64,000 bases of DNA from NCBI RefSeq assembly GCF_009914755.1, contig NC_060930.1; one strand, written 5' to 3'. Source of the DNA: the human T2T-CHM13v2.0 reference genome, Homo sapiens. The first letter of the stretch is position 1, and the number at the start of each line of letters is the position of its first letter. Positions 60,525-64,000 of this stretch are shown one piece after another. The notes below the pieces were generated by a model that saw only the letters and a list, made by a program, of their open reading frames with translations, ran no database searches and was not told the origin of the DNA. The position numbers and the translations under genes were made by a program.

Positions 60525-60582
60525 TCTTTGGGGGTATATTTATTTGCAGGAGTGGAACTGCTTGGTCAAAAGAATATGTGTG

Positions 60583-60926
60583 GGCCAGGCGTGGTGGCTC
60601 ACGCCTGTAATCCCAGCACTTTGGGAGGTTGAGACAGGCGGATCACTTGAGATCAGGAGTTTGAGATCAGCACGGCCAGCATGGTGAAACCCCAACTCCA
60701 CTAAAAATAAATAAATAAATAAAAATAAAACAAAGCAAAAAACAAAAATTAGCCAGGTGTGGTGGCAGGTGCCTGTAATCCCAGCTACTTGGTATGCTGA
60801 GAGGCAGGAGAATCACTTGAACCCGGGGAGTGGAGGTTTCAGTGAGCCGAGATCACGCCACTGCACTCCAGCCTGGATGATAGAGTGAAACTCCATCTCA
60901 AAAAATAAAAATAATTAAAAAAATTT
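60583..60926 (+). mobile_element. AluS with expanded A-rich middle linker
   Basis: Dimer; TSD aaag(a/t)atatgtg. Confidence 0.92.
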
Positions 60927-61882
60927 TAAAGTATATGTGCATTCAGCTTTAGTAGATACTGTCAATCCATTTTCCCAAGTGGCTTTATTGACTCATATTC
61001 CCACATAAGATACGAAGATTCTGGTTCCTTTACATCTTCACCAACACTTTTATTTTAGCCATTCTTCAGTGTCGTAGTCATTTTTTAACATAAAAATCAA
61101 AGCACAAACTGTCTCCTGACTACAATTTCCCAGGGCTCCTCCTGGCACTTCTCTGGGCCATCCTTCCCTTTTCATCCCTCCCCCTCATTGTCCTGCTCCC
61201 TCACTCCATTCACCAGGACTGTTTCCACCTCTGGATATTTTCTCTCCGTTTTCCTAAGCCTGGTGTGCCCTTTTCCCAGACATCGAAGTCCTTTGCTCTC
61301 TCATTTTCTTGAATTCCCTTCTCAAATGATACCTCCTTAGAGAGATCTTTGCCTCCTGCCATGCTCCTATTGCACCCTATCTTTTTACTCTGATTTCCCT
61401 TCACAGTACTTATCGGTTGTTGACCTTACGTCATACACTTGTTTATTTGTTTATTCTTGGTTTCCCTTGGTAGAATGCACACTCTATGAAAGCAGGAAAG
61501 TTGTCTTTCTTGATCATCTCTGCATATTCGGCGTTCAGTGCCCGGCAGAGGGCCTGGCACTTAGCAGGCTCTCAGATGTTTGGTACAAGAGTTCTCTATC
61601 TGAGCGAATTCTTTCTCCCCAGCAATTTTATCCCATCACTTACACTTATAATCATGTTCTCCTCTTTTCTTTCATCCAATCTTCATTTTTTTTCTATTCA
61701 CTTCTCTTCTACCTTCTCTTTCCTTTCTCCTACTCTATTTCATTATTCATAGGAGGCTTTGGAATTACAGAGACGGCGGGGCCTCAGGTTGGATGCTGAA
61801 CATTAAAGCTCTAAATTGCAGGGCAGCAGGCAAGGGAAAAAGCAGAGCTAACACTTCTTTTGCAACGTTAAAAATGCATTAT

Positions 61883-62165
61883 GGCAGGCCTGGTGGCTCA
61901 TGCCTGTAATCCCAGTGCTTTGAGAGGCCAAGGCAGGAAGATTGCTTGAGCGCAGAAGTTCAAGACCAGCCTGGGCAACATGGCAAAACCCCACCTCTAC
62001 TAAAATTACAAAAATTAGCCGGGTGTGGTGGTGCATACCTGTAGTTTCAGCTACTTGGAAGCTGAGGTGGGAGGACTACCCGAGCCAGAGAGACTGCAGT
62101 GAGCAGAGATAGCGCCACTGCACTCCAGCCTGGGCGACAGAGCGAGACTCCACACCCCTCCCTGC
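61883..62165 (+). mobile_element. AluJ-like lacking a poly(A) tail
   Basis: TSD aaaaatgcattat at 61870-61882 and 62166-62178; the tail position holds acacccctccctgc. Confidence 0.9.
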
Positions 62166-63754
62166 AAAAATGCATTATCATACTCTACACTTTATCTTGA
62201 ATTTAGCTGAAGGCTTTCATAGAAATTCTCCTCTCTGTTTCTCTATCCCTCTGCCTCTTTCCTTTTCTCTACACCTCCAACTAGACATTTCACAGACAAA
62301 TCTCTGGAGTAGAGTCCATTCTATGTAACAGCAAGCCCCTCATGCTGTTGGTCACAAAACCACACTGTCAGAGCCAGAGACAGCTGTAAACCCTGCTCTC
62401 CCAGATGGAGAGCAGCCGGAGCCGGGATTTTGGTAGAGGGAGTTGGGAATACATTAGGGAAAGTCTAATGAGAACAAAAGAGGCAGCTGAATATTCCCCA
62501 CTCCACCTTAGTGTGCAAGAGGGCAGCAGTCCAGATTTTTCATGGCGTTGGGGTCTGGCAGGGTCGTTAGTCTCTATCCAACAAGCATTAGAAAGAAACA
62601 GAAAATAACATATATCTGGGGGTGTGCCTGCCTGCCTCTGTCTTGTGCAAACAACAATAACTGGAAAACACGACTTAGCCCCTTACTTGATGGAGGGAGA
62701 AATTTGGAACTCTTCTGAGATGATGAAAGAATAGAACTAGATAAGGAAAGTAAAATGCTGTTCCTGGTCTGAAAAAGAGAAATGATTGATCTGTAGTAAC
62801 ACCAACTACAAAGAGTACAATCCAGGTAGACTCCTCTGACGCTGGCACCCTGTCACAGAGAGGGGGAAGAACATCAGGCTTATTCGCATGTGTGCAAATG
62901 GCCAAGCACTAATGTAGGAGGACTGACGGGAGTCTATCTATCTGTGGCTTCTGGGTAGACACAGGCAAGCCTAACCCTGCCCGGGCCTGTGTCTGATGGC
63001 GAGGCTTGGTATATACTACAAGCACCTTGTCATTAGGGTTTTATCGTGCTATGGATATGCTAACGATACATTTATAAACAAAGTTTCTAAGTAGTGCAAT
63101 TGCCGAGGAAAAACTGATTGATTTATACAAGTGTGGATTTTTTTTAGACATCCCGTTCCATGCCTTAGGGTTTCTAGTGTTCTCTAGCTGGGCAAGTCCA
63201 GACTCACTTTGGTCTTGTTCTGGGTGTTTTCCGAGGCTGTGCTCGCTCTGTGTGGATGACATGAGTGTGTGTGGAGTTTATGGCTGTGATAAAATACAGC
63301 TCTGGCATTTGCTGTGGTTCCCTATCGAAAGCCACGCTTTCTCGGCACTGGTTGCCTCCCACTGTAGAATCTGAAAATCTCAGATAATCACATTCCTGGT
63401 GTGTTTGTAGCTCAGCAGAGGAATGGCACCCAATCCTGGGCAAAGGAATGTGAAGGTTTCTGGAAAACAGGTTTTCTTCCCCAATTTTCAAAGAGAGGTT
63501 TCTTCCGGTCCCTGCCTTCGTTCGAGGGAGCACGTGATACTTGGCATCGCAACCACAGTCTTGTGAACCTGTGGGAGCAGCACCAAGGACCACGAAGAGG
63601 CTGCCCCAGGGCCCAGGAGTCACTGAATGACTGAGCCAACCTGGAATTGCTTCTCTCTAGGGCCCTTTTAGTCACATATCTTGCTTCTTGCAGAAGAAAG
63701 CATTAACAATGAATTACAGCATATTTAGTCGGCTATGCGTTAATGACAGCGTAG

Positions 63755-63960
63755 ACCCAAATCCCCCTTTCAAGGCCCCTCAGGGCTTCTCACTGCAGGT
63801 AGAATAAAGCATGAGGTCCTGAACAATCAGCCCCTCCACCTCTCCAAGCTTCTCAGGCCTTGCTCTATGTTCCCCACGTAGTCTCCTCCTTCACTTTCCT
63901 GTGTGTTCTCACTGTCAAATTCTACCTCAGGGCCTTTGCACACACTGATGAACTGAATCC
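63755..63960 (+). mobile_element. L2 remnant
   Basis: cagggcttctcactgcaggtagaataaa...cctcagggcctttgcacac. Confidence 0.55.
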
Positions 63961-64000
63961 TATTCCTTCCTCTGCACTGACTTTAAAAGCTGCTTCCTAG

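Noticed and set aside
63204-63623. 139-aa minus-strand ORF
   Set aside because: No recognisable homology or gene structure; the region is better explained as GC-richer regulatory sequence.

Overview
Primate (most likely human) genomic DNA. The first ~5.2 kb holds the last two coding exons (1627-2117 and 3470-4648, + strand) and the 3' UTR of HIVEP1 (Schnurri-1/ZNF40/MBP-1/PRDII-BF1). It is recognised from the acidic tract that follows the C-terminal zinc-finger pair, the family motif [10 protein letters not shown] and the ...[12 protein letters not shown] stop. The remaining ~59 kb is repeat-rich downstream sequence with no credible further protein-coding gene; from recall, it leads towards EDN1, which is outside the window. 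It contains about 30 Alu/FLAM copies, old L1M/L2/MIR/CR1 remnants, several solo LTRs (MST, THE1, MLT1, MLT2, MER66-like), two DNA transposons and several micro/minisatellites. I found no evidence of a previously undescribed biological system. The best second-look items are: a 1-kb palindromic AT minisatellite; a twin-primed 5'-inverted L1; an intact LTR with clustered RFX boxes; two repeat-free motif clusters that look like enhancers (AP-1/CEBP/STAT near 25 kb; TEAD x3/GATA/RUNX/ETS/E-box near 63.4 kb); a four-level nested transposon stack; and a candidate cryptic exon. Repeat subfamily names come from memory of consensus sequences and need RepeatMasker/Dfam confirmation. Boundaries of old repeats are approximate.
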